Shown piece after piece: positions 31,434 to 44,979 of a stretch of DNA of 64,000 nt. Source of the DNA: an uncultured Pelagibacteraceae bacterium (GTDB lineage: Bacteria; Pseudomonadota; Alphaproteobacteria; Pelagibacterales; Pelagibacteraceae); the NCBI GenBank assembly GCA_902588835.1, contig CACIQQ010000005.1, positions 8,708-72,707 on the forward strand. Direction: 5' to 3'. The notes beneath the pieces were generated by a model. The model ran no database searches. It saw nothing but the letters and a program-made list of their open reading frames with translations, and was not told where the DNA came from. A program made the translations under genes and the position numbers. Each line of letters starts with the position of its first letter. The stretch's first letter is position 1.

Positions 31434-31462
31434 CTTGATTTTTGAGCTTGAAAGATCTATTT
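31434..31462 (+). promoter_or_regulatory. Putative promoter of pal
   Basis: CTTGAT, 17 nt, CTATTT, close to the alphaproteobacterial CTTGAC-N17-CTATAT consensus. An AAGGAG SD precedes the pal ATG. Confidence 0.4.
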
Positions 31463-31502
31463 AGTTGTGAAAAAGTACAAAATTAACTTTTAAGGAGCAG
31501 TA

Positions 31503-31976
31503 ATGAGTTTAAACAAAATTTTTAGAAATACTTTGCTAGTAATCTCTGCGAGTATTCTATTATCTGCATGTGCCGTAAAAACAACAGGCAAATTGCAAGG
31601 TGACGTATACACTGGAAAAGATACAGTTGAGTATTTAGCTTCAGGTGTGCCAGACAGAGTTTTCTTCGCAACTAATGAAACAGTTTTAACTACTGCTTCA
31701 AGAGAAACATTAAGAAAACAAGCATCATGGTTAAGAAAAAATTCAAAAATAAATGTAGTTCTTGAAGGCCACGCTGACGAAAGAGGTACAAGAGAATATA
31801 ACTTAGCTTTAGGTGAGAGAAGAGCTAACGCGGCTAAAGATTATTTAATGACTTATGGGATATCTGGAAATAGAATTTCAGTGATAAGTTATGGAAAAGA
31901 AAGACCAGTAGACTCTGGTTCAAATCCTTTAGCTTGGTCAAAAAATAGAAGATCAGTAACAGTAAAAGCTAACTAA
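31503..31976 (+). CDS. pal: Peptidoglycan-associated lipoprotein
   Basis: LSAC lipobox and EGHADERGTREYNLALGERRA. Confidence 0.96.
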   Translation: MSLNKIFRNTLLVISASILLSACAVKTTGKLQGDVYTGKDTVEYLASGVPDRVFFATNETVLTTASRETLRKQASWLRKNSKINVVLEGHADERGTREYNLALGERRANAAKDYLMTYGISGNRISVISYGKERPVDSGSNPLAWSKNRRSVTVKAN

Positions 31977-31990
31977 TAATTTATAAATTC

Positions 31991-32027
31991 AGACCCCAAT
32001 AGCACAAGTTGTTGGGGTCTTTTTTTT
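31991..32027 (+). terminator. Intrinsic terminator after pal
   Basis: AGACCCCAATAGC / GTTGTTGGGGTCT hairpin followed by a T run. Confidence 0.85.
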
Positions 32028-32054
32028 GCCATCATTATAGATAGAAATCAAGTA

Positions 32055-33014
32055 ATGAAATTTTTAGAGTATACAAATAGAAGTGTATTAGTTTTAATAA
32101 TATTTCTTTTTTCAATTATTTCCTTTGTCAAGGCAGAAGAAACAGAAACTTTGGAAGTAATAAAAACATTACAAAAAGATTTAAAAACTTTAGAAAAAGC
32201 TGTTTACTCACAGTCTTCAGATATAATTACAACTAGCAAAACAAAATTAAGCTCAAATGATGAAGATGTGCTTACAAGACATTTATTAAAATTGTCTGAG
32301 ATAGAAAAACAATTTCAAGATTTGACAAATAAATTCGAGGAAATAAATTTTAAAATCGATAAATTATCAAGTAGATTATCAAAAGTTCAAGCAGATAACC
32401 AATTGAGGTTCCAAAATTTAGAAGGTGAGGATATTGATAAAAAAGTTACATCTAAGAAAAAAGTTTTACCTGGCTCTTCTCAACCACAAGATCTTGGCGC
32501 AGTATCTTACAAGTCATCAGAAACAAATGAATTAACACAACAAACTCAATCAATAGATACAACTGGTACAGTCATAACCGAAAAATTTGTGTCAGAGGAA
32601 AAAATCTTACCTAACGATAAACCCGATAAACAATACGAGTTTGCTACTAGTTTTTTAAAACAAGGAGATTATACGACAGCAGAAAGAGCGCTTAGAGAAT
32701 TTGTGATGACCAATCCTGAACATAAAATGGCAGGTAGCGCACAATATTGGTATGCAGAAACATTTAGAATTAGACAACTTTATACAGATGCTGCTTCTGC
32801 TTACTTAGAAGGTTATCAAAAATATCCTAAAAGTGAAAAAGCAGCTATAAATTTACTTAAGCTTGGAGTATCATTAGTGCAAATTGGAGAAAAAGATCAA
32901 GGGTGTTTAATGATTACAGGAGTTAAAAAAGAATATCCTGATGCAAAACAATCAGTTCTTCAAAAAGCAAAATATGAAGAAAAAAAGTTCGAGTGTAAAA
33001 AGAAAAAATCTTAA
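32055..33014 (+). CDS. cpoB: Cell division coordinator CpoB (YbgF)
   Basis: Signal peptide, coiled coil, TPR region AQYWYAE...LLKLG; follows pal. Confidence 0.88.
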   Translation: MKFLEYTNRSVLVLIIFLFSIISFVKAEETETLEVIKTLQKDLKTLEKAVYSQSSDIITTSKTKLSSNDEDVLTRHLLKLSEIEKQFQDLTNKFEEINFKIDKLSSRLSKVQADNQLRFQNLEGEDIDKKVTSKKKVLPGSSQPQDLGAVSYKSSETNELTQQTQSIDTTGTVITEKFVSEEKILPNDKPDKQYEFATSFLKQGDYTTAERALREFVMTNPEHKMAGSAQYWYAETFRIRQLYTDAASAYLEGYQKYPKSEKAAINLLKLGVSLVQIGEKDQGCLMITGVKKEYPDAKQSVLQKAKYEEKKFECKKKKS

Positions 33015-34038
33015 AAATTCAATTTTTAGTCCTCAAATAAAAAATAAAAGAATAAAAAAAATCTATCAAAGATTTGAATTTTTAATTAAACAGAAAGAAT
33101 TTAAAGGGTACTTAGTTGCAGTATCTGGCGGTGCAGATAGTCTTGCTTTAGCATATCTTTCAAAATGTTATCAAATTAAAAATAAAGATAATAACTTTCA
33201 CTATGTTCATGTAGATCACAAACTAAGAGATAAATCCTCGAAGGAGGCTGGGACTTTAAAAAAGATCTTAAGAAAATTTAGAATTAAGTGCAATATAATT
33301 AAGTGGAAAAAAAAGACAAATACTAAAAAAACTCAATCAGAATCTAGAGATTACAGATTTAAGGTATTCGAAGGTTTTTGCAAAACAAAAAAAATTAATA
33401 CATTATTATTAGGCCACCATTTTGATGATTTTCAAGAAAATTTCTTCATCAGATTATTAAGGGGCTCCGGTCTTAAGGGACTAGTATCTTTTTATAATTA
33501 TAGAAATTTGCAAAGAAATAACATTAATATTGTTAGACCATTACTTGATTTTTCAAAAGAAGATTTATTATACGTGACTAAAAATACCTTTAACTTCTAT
33601 ATAGACGATCCATCAAATAGAAGCTTAGAGTATTTGAGATCACGGGTAAGATTTATGATTAACAATCTTAAAAAAAATGGCCTTGATCAAAAAAAGTTTA
33701 AAATGACTTTTGAAAATTTAGTATCCTCAAATAACTCAATTGAATTTTTCGTACAAAAAAACATCAGTGAGAATTCTTATATCAATCCGTCAAAAAATAA
33801 TAATAATAAAGCACTCTTATCTTTAAAGTTTTTTAGTAGTACTGATGAAATAATTTTAAGGTCCTTTACAAAAATTTTACAAGATATTAGCGGCAGATAT
33901 TTTCCCGCTAGAGGTAAGGGTGTCTCAAGGATTATTAATCAAATTAAACAAAAATCCTTTACCAAAACAACTATAGGAGGATGTGTTATTGAAAAAATAG
34001 AGAATTCAGTAGTTATTTCTAAGGAAAACACAAAATAA
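32974..34038 (+). CDS. tilS: tRNA(Ile)-lysidine synthase
   Basis: VAVSGGADS PP-loop, HVDHKLR, GHHFDD, RPLL and DPSN. Start uncertain (32941 or 32974); overlaps cpoB. Confidence 0.93.
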   Translation: MKKKSSSVKRKNLKNSIFSPQIKNKRIKKIYQRFEFLIKQKEFKGYLVAVSGGADSLALAYLSKCYQIKNKDNNFHYVHVDHKLRDKSSKEAGTLKKILRKFRIKCNIIKWKKKTNTKKTQSESRDYRFKVFEGFCKTKKINTLLLGHHFDDFQENFFIRLLRGSGLKGLVSFYNYRNLQRNNINIVRPLLDFSKEDLLYVTKNTFNFYIDDPSNRSLEYLRSRVRFMINNLKKNGLDQKKFKMTFENLVSSNNSIEFFVQKNISENSYINPSKNNNNKALLSLKFFSSTDEIILRSFTKILQDISGRYFPARGKGVSRIINQIKQKSFTKTTIGGCVIEKIENSVVISKENTK

Positions 34039-34100
34039 ACTCATTTGTGTAACAATTTAGCACTTGTTAAATTTAGAATAATTCTTAACTTATTAAACGT

Positions 34101-36008
34101 ATGAATTTAAAGAATCTAGCTATGTGGGTAATCATTGTTGTTTTGACTATAGGTCTTTACAACATGTTCAAGAATCCACAAAATCTTCAAAACAAAAATA
34201 ATAAAACAATTATTTTCTCCGAATTTTTAACAGAGGTTGATAATGGAAGGGTCGTAGAAGTTCAGATACAAGGTAACAATATTAAAGGTGTTATGGCCGA
34301 TGGATCGGTTTTTTCAACATACTCACCGAACGATCCAAACTTAATAGAAAAATTAACTGATAAAGGTGTAAGTATATCTGCAGCTCCACTTGATGAAAAA
34401 ATGCCATCTTTGTTTGGAGTTCTTTTATCGTGGTTCCCAATGTTACTTTTAATCGCTGTTTGGATATTCTTTATGAGACAAATGCAAGGTGGCAAAGGTG
34501 GTGCCATGGGATTTGGAAGATCAAAAGCAAAAATGATGAATGAGGTTAAAGGCAAAGTTACTTTTAACGATGTTGCTGGAGTTGAGGAAGCAAAAGAGGA
34601 AGTTCAAGAAGTGGTAGAGTTTTTGAGAGATCCAAAAAAATTTAGTAGATTGGGTGGTAAGATACCAAGAGGTTGTTTGTTAGTAGGACCTCCAGGTACA
34701 GGAAAAACTTTACTTGCTAGAGCTATTGCCGGTGAAGCAGGTGTTCCTTTCTTTACGATTTCTGGATCAGACTTTGTTGAAATGTTTGTTGGAGTTGGTG
34801 CTTCAAGAGTTAGAGATATGTTTGAACAAGGTAAAAAACATTCACCATGCATAATTTTCATTGACGAGATAGATGCTGTTGGAAGAAGTAGAGGTGCAGG
34901 TTTAGGTGGAGGCAATGATGAAAGAGAACAAACATTAAACCAATTACTGGTTGAGATGGATGGATTTGATACAAATGAGGGTGTAATAATTATTGCCGCA
35001 ACTAACAGACCTGACGTTTTAGATCCAGCGCTTTTAAGACCAGGAAGATTTGATAGACAGGTTGTAGTTTCAAATCCAGATATTATAGGTCGAGAAAAGA
35101 TTTTAAAAGTTCATGCTAAAAAAATTTCTATGTCTCCAGATGTAAATTTAAGAACTGTCGCAAGAGGTACACCTGGATTTTCAGGAGCAGATCTTGCTAA
35201 TTTAGTTAACGAGGCTGCATTGTTAGCTGCGAGAAAAAATAAAAGAATTGTAACATCTCAAGAATTTGAAGATGCAAAGGACAAGGTGATGATGGGTGCC
35301 GAAAGAAGATCTATGGTCATGACAGAAGATGAGAAGAAATTAACTGCTTACCACGAAGGTGGACATGCAATAGTTTCTTTTAACTTGCCAAATTACGATC
35401 CAATACATAAAGCAACAATCATTCCTAGAGGAAGAGCGTTAGGAATGGTCATGAATCTTCCAGAAAGAGATAAACATGGTCACTCTATTAAATATTTGAA
35501 AGCAAGATTGGCCGTGTGCTTTGGAGGAAGAGTTGCCGAAGAACTCATATTTGGTAAAGATAATATATCAACAGGTGCAGGTGGGGGAAATGGTTCAGAC
35601 ATTAACCAAGCAACCTCATTAGCAAGAGCTATGGTTACCAAGTATGGAATGAGTGAGGAACTTGGTCCTGTTGAATACGGTGAAAATCAAGAGGAAGTTT
35701 TCCTTGGAAGATCTGTAACACAAACACAAAGTGTTTCAGAGGCTGTTGCTCAAAAAATTGATAGAGAAATAAGAAAACTTGTTGACGAAGGTTACAATCA
35801 AGCAAAAACTATTTTAACAAACAAAATTGATGATTTGCATAAAATAGCAAAAGCTCTTTTAACTTACGAAACTTTGACTGGTGAGGATATAGCAAAAATA
35901 ATTAACAAAAACGAATATCCACCTAATAAGGAAGATTTAAAAGTTGAGGATGAAAGTTCTGACTCCGCTTTAGGATCAATTGGTTTAAAACCAAAAATTG
36001 TTCATTAA
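34101..36008 (+). CDS. ftsH: ATP-dependent zinc metalloprotease FtsH
   Basis: [16 protein letters not shown] motif and HEGGH. Confidence 0.98.
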   Translation: MNLKNLAMWVIIVVLTIGLYNMFKNPQNLQNKNNKTIIFSEFLTEVDNGRVVEVQIQGNNIKGVMADGSVFSTYSPNDPNLIEKLTDKGVSISAAPLDEKMPSLFGVLLSWFPMLLLIAVWIFFMRQMQGGKGGAMGFGRSKAKMMNEVKGKVTFNDVAGVEEAKEEVQEVVEFLRDPKKFSRLGGKIPRGCLLVGPPGTGKTLLARAIAGEAGVPFFTISGSDFVEMFVGVGASRVRDMFEQGKKHSPCIIFIDEIDAVGRSRGAGLGGGNDEREQTLNQLLVEMDGFDTNEGVIIIAATNRPDVLDPALLRPGRFDRQVVVSNPDIIGREKILKVHAKKISMSPDVNLRTVARGTPGFSGADLANLVNEAALLAARKNKRIVTSQEFEDAKDKVMMGAERRSMVMTEDEKKLTAYHEGGHAIVSFNLPNYDPIHKATIIPRGRALGMVMNLPERDKHGHSIKYLKARLAVCFGGRVAEELIFGKDNISTGAGGGNGSDINQATSLARAMVTKYGMSEELGPVEYGENQEEVFLGRSVTQTQSVSEAVAQKIDREIRKLVDEGYNQAKTILTNKIDDLHKIAKALLTYETLTGEDIAKIINKNEYPPNKEDLKVEDESSDSALGSIGLKPKIVH

Positions 36009-36014
36009 TATTTA

Positions 36015-37064
36015 ATGTTAAAATATTACACTAGAGCGTGTAATTTCTATTATGGCGACCATTCAACTTTGATGGTCAATAAAAAACTTGCTCTCCCACT
36101 TAATGGAAATGACAAAATTTCTTTTGATACAATAGAACTTATAACAAGAAAAAAGAAAAAAAGAATCCACATTTCAAACTTAAATTTTTTAAGTAAAAAT
36201 TTAAAAAAAAAAGTAAAATTAGATATAAAAAATATAACTAAAAAAAAAAACTTTTCTAAACTAAAGTTTAAGTCTTTACCTCTAATAATGGGAGTTGTTA
36301 ATTTAACCCCTGATAGTTTTTCAGATGGTGGAAAATATTATAATCATAAAGATGCTTTAAAAAGAATAAAACATTTTATTGAAAAAGGATCATCAATTAT
36401 TGATATAGGTGGAGAGTCCACAAGACCAGGATCAAATGATGTAAATGAAAAAATTGAGTGGAAACGAATTAAGGAAGTATTAAAAAAAACAAAAAAATTT
36501 AAAAATGTAATATCTATTGATACTCGAAAAAGTGCCATAATGGAAAAAAGTTTAAAATATGGTGCCCATATCATTAATGATGTCTCCGGACTCAATTACG
36601 ATCCAAATACACTAAAAATCCTAAGAAATAAAAAAACCCCCTTTATAATTCATCACATGCAAGGTAATCCAAAAACAATGCAAATTAAACCTTCGTATAA
36701 AAACGTCTTGCTAGATATTTATGACTTCTTTCAAAATAAAATTTTAGAACTAGAGGACAATGGTATAAATCATAAGAATATTATTTTGGATCCAGGAATT
36801 GGTTTTGGAAAAAGATTGAAACATAATATTACCTTATTAAGAAACATTTCTATTTTCCATTCGCTTGGATTTCCTATAATGTTAGGCACTTCTAGAAAAA
36901 GATTTATTAAAGACATTTCTGGGATAAACGATAGTAAGGAAAGACTAGGAGGAACTATATCATCTAGTTTGTGTGCTATGATGCAGGGCATTCAGATTTT
37001 AAGAGTTCACGATGTGAATGAAGTTAATCAAAGTATCAAAGTTTTTAAATCACTAAAATTTTAA
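36015..37064 (+). CDS. folP: Dihydropteroate synthase with N-terminal extension
   Basis: MGVVNLTPDSFSDGG, DIGGESTRPG, DPGIGFGK, SRKRF and RVHDV. Confidence 0.95.
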   Translation: MLKYYTRACNFYYGDHSTLMVNKKLALPLNGNDKISFDTIELITRKKKKRIHISNLNFLSKNLKKKVKLDIKNITKKKNFSKLKFKSLPLIMGVVNLTPDSFSDGGKYYNHKDALKRIKHFIEKGSSIIDIGGESTRPGSNDVNEKIEWKRIKEVLKKTKKFKNVISIDTRKSAIMEKSLKYGAHIINDVSGLNYDPNTLKILRNKKTPFIIHHMQGNPKTMQIKPSYKNVLLDIYDFFQNKILELEDNGINHKNIILDPGIGFGKRLKHNITLLRNISIFHSLGFPIMLGTSRKRFIKDISGINDSKERLGGTISSSLCAMMQGIQILRVHDVNEVNQSIKVFKSLKF

Positions 37065-38396
37065 ATGACTAAAAAATATTTTGGAACCGATGGAATTAGA
37101 GGGAAGGTTAACCAGAATAAAATTAATGGTGAAATGTTTTTTAAATTTGGCCTAGCAGCAGGTACATATTTTAAAAATCAGAAAAAATCAAAACAAACAG
37201 CTATTATTGCAAAAGATACAAGACTCTCAGGATACACACTTGAGCCTGCATTGGTGTCTGGATTGGCCTCAGCAGGAATGCATGTCTACACGCTTGGGCC
37301 TTTACCAACAAATGGATTAGCGATGCTAACAAAAAAGATGAAAGCCAACATGGGAATTATGATTACAGCATCTCATAATCCATATTATGATAATGGACTA
37401 AAATTATTTGGACCAGATGGCCTAAAACTCTCTGACAAAATTGAAAAGAAAATAGAAAAACTAATTGACTCTAAAATAGCAAAAAATCTTTCTGAACCAA
37501 AAATTTTAGGAAGGGTAAAGAGATTAGAGGATGCAAATGATAAATATATAAAAATATTAAAAAATAATTTTCCAAAAGGTTTTAAGTTAAAAGGAATGAA
37601 AATTGCAATAGATTGTGCTAACGGAGCAGGTTATAAATCTGGACCAAAATTATTAAGAAGTTTGGGTGCAAAAGTAATTGAGTATGGGACTTCTCCAAAT
37701 GGTTTAAATATTAATGATAATTGTGGCTCAACCTTTCCGCAAAAGATCAAATTTTTAGTTCGAAAAAACAAAGCTCATATTGGAATATCTTTAGATGGCG
37801 ATGCAGACAGAATAATTGTATCTGACGAGAAGGGGAACATTGTTGATGGTGATAAAATTATTGCGATGCTAGCAACCAGATGGAAAAGAAAGAAAATTCT
37901 AAAAGGTGGTGTAATTGGCACCCTAATGTCAAATTATGGATTGCAAAATTTTTTTAGAGATCAAAAAATTAAATTTATCAGAGCTAATGTAGGAGACAGA
38001 TATGTTAAGGAAAAAATGCAAAAAGAAAACTTTAATTTAGGTGGAGAGCAATCTGGGCACATTATACTTGGCAAATTTGCTACAACAGGTGATGGACTAT
38101 TAGTTGCATTAGAAATTCTATTTTCAATGAGAAAAGGTAAAAAGGCGAGTGAGCTTTTTGATTTATTTGAATTAACACCTCAAATATTAGAAAATGTAAA
38201 GGTTAAAGATAAATCAATTATTAATTCTACTAAGTGTAAAGTTGCTATTAAAAAATCTGAAAGAATAATAAAAAATTATGGTAGAATGCTTGTAAGAAAA
38301 TCTGGCACAGAGCCTAAAATCAGAATTATGGGTGAGTCAAACAATATTCATTTATTAAAAAAATGTATAAATATTGTAAAAAGGTCAATTAAATAA
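37065..38396 (+). CDS. glmM: Phosphoglucosamine mutase
   Basis: FGTDGIRG, ITASHNP, DGDADR and GGEQSGH. Confidence 0.96.
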   Translation: MTKKYFGTDGIRGKVNQNKINGEMFFKFGLAAGTYFKNQKKSKQTAIIAKDTRLSGYTLEPALVSGLASAGMHVYTLGPLPTNGLAMLTKKMKANMGIMITASHNPYYDNGLKLFGPDGLKLSDKIEKKIEKLIDSKIAKNLSEPKILGRVKRLEDANDKYIKILKNNFPKGFKLKGMKIAIDCANGAGYKSGPKLLRSLGAKVIEYGTSPNGLNINDNCGSTFPQKIKFLVRKNKAHIGISLDGDADRIIVSDEKGNIVDGDKIIAMLATRWKRKKILKGGVIGTLMSNYGLQNFFRDQKIKFIRANVGDRYVKEKMQKENFNLGGEQSGHIILGKFATTGDGLLVALEILFSMRKGKKASELFDLFELTPQILENVKVKDKSIINSTKCKVAIKKSERIIKNYGRMLVRKSGTEPKIRIMGESNNIHLLKKCINIVKRSIK

Positions 38397-38397
38397 A

Positions 38398-41383
<2,986 letters not shown>

Positions 41384-41431
41384 TTTATTACTATGTATTT
41401 AATAAATAATTAATTTTTTGCAATATTGTAA

Positions 41432-42409
41432 TTACTTCGAATTTCTAAGCTTTTTTAACAGCGTATTTAAATCTTGAGGTAAATTTGATGTAAATTCGAC
41501 TTCCTTATTTTTTGAAGGATGATTGAACCCAAGAGTTTTTGCATGTAAGAATTGTCTATCTAGTTTTAGAATTAGATTGTTTAAATCATCATTAATATTT
41601 CTGAATTTCTTAAATTTTTTTTTATATTTTTTGTCTCCTAAAATATTGTTACCTTTATAACTCATGTGAACTCTAATTTGATGGGTTCTACCAGTTTCCA
41701 ATCTACACTCAATTAAACTAAAGGTTGGTATTTTTTCATTTTCAAAAATTTCCAAGGTTTTATAATTAGTAATTGCGTTTTTTCCTTTAGTGAGACCAAC
41801 CTGCATTAATTGTCTATTTTTTGAGCTTCTTGTAATCAATGTTTCAATTCTACCAGTTTGAGGCCTTAACTTTCCCCATACAAGAGCTTGGTAAACTCTT
41901 TTAATTGTATGGTCGTTAAATTGACTAGATAATTTTTCGTGTGTTCTATTATTTTTCGCGACCACAACTAAACCAGATGTATCTTTATCAATTCTATGAA
42001 CGATTCCCGGTCTAAGTTCATCACCAATAGTTGAAAGATTTTTACTATCATAAAATATTAAGGCATTTACCAATGTTTTGTTGTAGTCTCCAGCTCCAGG
42101 ATGCATAGATATCCCGGCAGGTTTGTTTATTACCATTAAATCTTTATCCTCATAAATGACATTAAGTTTGAAATCAAATGGTTCTAAAGAAGCTTTCTGT
42201 GCCTCAGGTATTTCAAGTTTTATATTGTCATTTTCACTAACTTTTTTTGATGGGTCGGTGCAAATTTTTTCATTTATCAACAATCTTTGGTTTAAAATCA
42301 AATTTTTGACTCTAGCTCTACTGAGTTCTTTTTTGTTGTTTGATAAAAATAGATCAACTCTCTGATCGTTTTCATTATCCTTAACAATAAACTTAATGAT
42401 ATTTTTCAT
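41432..42409 (-). CDS. rluD: 23S rRNA pseudouridine synthase RluD
   Basis: S4 domain, RPGIVHRIDKDTSG, TGRTHQIRVH and QFLHA; upstream of rpoH. Confidence 0.93.
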   Translation of the reverse strand: MKNIIKFIVKDNENDQRVDLFLSNNKKELSRARVKNLILNQRLLINEKICTDPSKKVSENDNIKLEIPEAQKASLEPFDFKLNVIYEDKDLMVINKPAGISMHPGAGDYNKTLVNALIFYDSKNLSTIGDELRPGIVHRIDKDTSGLVVVAKNNRTHEKLSSQFNDHTIKRVYQALVWGKLRPQTGRIETLITRSSKNRQLMQVGLTKGKNAITNYKTLEIFENEKIPTFSLIECRLETGRTHQIRVHMSYKGNNILGDKKYKKKFKKFRNINDDLNNLILKLDRQFLHAKTLGFNHPSKNKEVEFTSNLPQDLNTLLKKLRNSK

Positions 42410-42432
42410 AAATTATAATATTAATACTATAT

Positions 42433-42509
42433 GCGCTTGTAGCTCAACTGGATAGAGCGCCTGACTTCGGATCAGGAGGTTCTGGGTTCGACTCCTAGCA
42501 GGCGCACCA
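42433..42509 (+). tRNA. tRNA-Arg (TCG)
   Basis: GCGCTTG/CAGGCGC acceptor stem, CCTGA CT TCG GA TCAGG anticodon arm, GGTTCGACTCC T-arm and ACCA end. Confidence 0.96.
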
Positions 42510-42511
42510 AA

Positions 42512-43303
42512 TTATTCGCCTATATTAATTAATGTTCCCTTTTTACGGGCTTTGCTGAAAGAGTAGTAAAAAAGGCAAATAGAGATAAATAAATACAACC
42601 CATTTAGATAAAACGCTTTTAAAATATTTTCTACATTCACAAATCCATTGACTAAAATATTTCTAGCCTCCTCAAATATGTATACGAGTGGTAGCGCATA
42701 AGCAATTTTTTGAAATATTTCAGGTAATATATCTACAGGATAATAAATACATCCAAAGGGAGCCAACAGAAACATAGTTGACCAGGCAATATTTTCAAAT
42801 GAAGGGCCAAACCTTAGGAGACCAGAAGAAACTAGTATACCTAGCGTTATTCCAAAAATGTAGAGACTAAGAAATAAAAAAAATAAACTTAAACCTAAAT
42901 CTAATATAGAAATTCCAAATAGAGGAGAAGTTAAAAGAATTGCAGGAACTAAACCAATTAAAGCTCTTACTAAAGCTGTGAATATTAATGAAATCAAAAT
43001 TTCACTTTTTTTTATTGGTGAGATAAATAAATTTGTAAAATTTCTACTCCAGATTTCCTCTAAAAAAAGCATGTTAAACCCTATACTTGTTCTAAATAGA
43101 AAATCATAAAGTATCGCGCATGTTAATATTATTCCAACAGCATTATTATAATACGAGCTGTATGTTGTAAAAAAATTTGAGATGAAACCCCATAAAGTAA
43201 TTTGTATTGTTGGCCAATATATTAGATCTAAAATTCTCGGAAAAGACCTAGTTATTAAAAAAAAGTGTCTTAAGAACAATCCATACATTCTACCTATATT
43301 CAT
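42512..43303 (-). CDS. ABC-2 type transporter permease
   Basis: Six-TM pattern, EEIWSRNFTNLF and YYPV-x-x-LP; paired with an ATPase. Confidence 0.88.
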   Translation of the reverse strand: MNIGRMYGLFLRHFFLITRSFPRILDLIYWPTIQITLWGFISNFFTTYSSYYNNAVGIILTCAILYDFLFRTSIGFNMLFLEEIWSRNFTNLFISPIKKSEILISLIFTALVRALIGLVPAILLTSPLFGISILDLGLSLFFLFLSLYIFGITLGILVSSGLLRFGPSFENIAWSTMFLLAPFGCIYYPVDILPEIFQKIAYALPLVYIFEEARNILVNGFVNVENILKAFYLNGLYLFISICLFYYSFSKARKKGTLINIGE

Positions 43304-43304
43304 A

Positions 43305-44027
43305 TTAATTCCTTACAAGTTTTAAAAAAACTTCCTCTAGATTTTGTCTTCCATGTTTTTTAACTAAATCATTTGGTTTACCTTGATCTATTATTAAACC
43401 ATTTTTCATCATCATTATTGATGAACACAATCTAGTTACTTCATCCATGTTATGGGATGCTAATAATATAGATACCTTTTTTTCTTTTTTATAATTTTCT
43501 AAAAAGGTTCTTACAAAATCTCCTGTTTCTGGATCAAGTGAAGCTGTAGGTTCATCGAGCAATAAGACAGACGGATTATTGATAATCGCTTTTGCTAAGC
43601 TTATTCTATTTTTTTGCCCTGAAGATAATTCTCCAGTCACTCTATCAAGCAAATTTTGTAATCTCAGTTCTTCTACTAAATAATCTATTCTACTATTTAA
43701 GTTTTTGACAGAATACAGTTTTCCATAAACAATTAGATTCTGCTTAACTGTAAGTTTCTTTGGTAATTCAATATAAGGAGAAATAAAATTTATCTTTTGA
43801 AGAATCTCAATTCTATTTTTTTCTAGTTGAAAGCCATTAATCAAAACTTGCCCACTTGTAGGTTTTAATAAACCTAAAATCATTCCTATAGTAGTAGTTT
43901 TTCCACATCCATTTGGACCAAGCAACCCAATTATCTCATTTTCTTTAATTTCAAAATTAATATTCTTAACTGCTTCTTTATTTCCATAATTCTTTTTAAG
44001 ATCAATTACTTTTATTGAATTTTCCAT
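43305..44027 (-). CDS. ABC transporter ATP-binding protein
   Basis: GPNGCGKTT, LSSGQ and LLDEPTASLD. Confidence 0.93.
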   Translation of the reverse strand: MENSIKVIDLKKNYGNKEAVKNINFEIKENEIIGLLGPNGCGKTTTIGMILGLLKPTSGQVLINGFQLEKNRIEILQKINFISPYIELPKKLTVKQNLIVYGKLYSVKNLNSRIDYLVEELRLQNLLDRVTGELSSGQKNRISLAKAIINNPSVLLLDEPTASLDPETGDFVRTFLENYKKEKKVSILLASHNMDEVTRLCSSIMMMKNGLIIDQGKPNDLVKKHGRQNLEEVFLKLVRN

Positions 44028-44959
44028 TACTTTGCTGAAGCCCTTTTAAGTCTTTCATTGATTGCTTCCCCAAATCCATAATTAGGAATTTTTTCTACAG
44101 CAATACTTTTATAATCTTTATTTTTAATATTTCTTAAAACTTTATACAAATTTTTTGCAGCTTCTTTTAAATCTTTTTTTTTACTTAAATAATAATAATT
44201 TTTTGAAGTTTTTTTTCTTTTTTTTATTAAAATAAAAGCTTCATTTTCTTTTGGCCTTTTCTTATTTAGCCTTATAGGTATTCCAGGTGAATAGTGTAAA
44301 CTTAATTGTCCTGGGACAATAATCTTTTTATCATTTTTTTTATATAGGATTTTTTTTCTGAAAATTTTGTTAATCTTTTTTCTTTCAATTCCTCCTAGCC
44401 TTAATATTTTTGGCTTTCCTAACAAACTAACTATAGTAGACTCTAATCCGATTTTAGATCGACCACCGTCAAGAATAAATTTAATTCTTTCTCCAAATTC
44501 ATCCTTTACATCTTCTCTAGTTACTGGACTTATTTTTGAGGATATGTTTGCACTTGGTGCCGCCAGAGGATATTTCAATATTTTTAAAAGTTTAATAGCC
44601 AGATGATGACTAGGAAACCTAACAGCTAAAGTTTTTTTATTATTAGTTACGATTTTTGAAATATTACTATTTTTTTTTAATTTTAAAACAAATGTAATAG
44701 GTCCTGGACAATATTTTTTATATAATTTTAAAAATTCCTCATTAATCATACAGTCGTTATTTAGCATCTTTAAGCTACAATAATGCACTATGAGTGGATT
44801 TCTTTTATTTCTTTTTTTAAGTTTGAATATTTTTAAGGTAGCCTTTTTTGAATAAGCATTAGCCGCCAAACCATAAACAGTTTCAGTCGGGAAACCAATA
44901 CATTCGTTTTTATCTAAATAATATTTAGCTTTTTTAATATTTGAAAGATTATAATTCAT
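44027..44959 (-). CDS. tsaC: L-threonylcarbamoyladenylate synthase (Sua5 type with C-terminal domain)
   Basis: FPTETVYGL, NPLIVH, PGPIT, APSAN and PGQ-x-x-x-HY. ATG at 44959 preferred as start. Confidence 0.92.
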   Translation of the reverse strand: MNYNLSNIKKAKYYLDKNECIGFPTETVYGLAANAYSKKATLKIFKLKKRNKRNPLIVHYCSLKMLNNDCMINEEFLKLYKKYCPGPITFVLKLKKNSNISKIVTNNKKTLAVRFPSHHLAIKLLKILKYPLAAPSANISSKISPVTREDVKDEFGERIKFILDGGRSKIGLESTIVSLLGKPKILRLGGIERKKINKIFRKKILYKKNDKKIIVPGQLSLHYSPGIPIRLNKKRPKENEAFILIKKRKKTSKNYYYLSKKKDLKEAAKNLYKVLRNIKNKDYKSIAVEKIPNYGFGEAINERLKRASAK

Positions 44960-44979
44960 GTAATAATACAAACTAATAT

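Noticed and set aside
34056-34064. TTAGCACT upstream of ftsH resembling a CIRCE element
   Set aside because: Only a half-site; the matching GAGTGCTAA arm is absent.
36015-36280. N-terminal extension of FolP as a novel fusion
   Set aside because: Similar extensions occur in other alphaproteobacterial FolP proteins, and no second enzyme motif (e.g. FolK) is visible.
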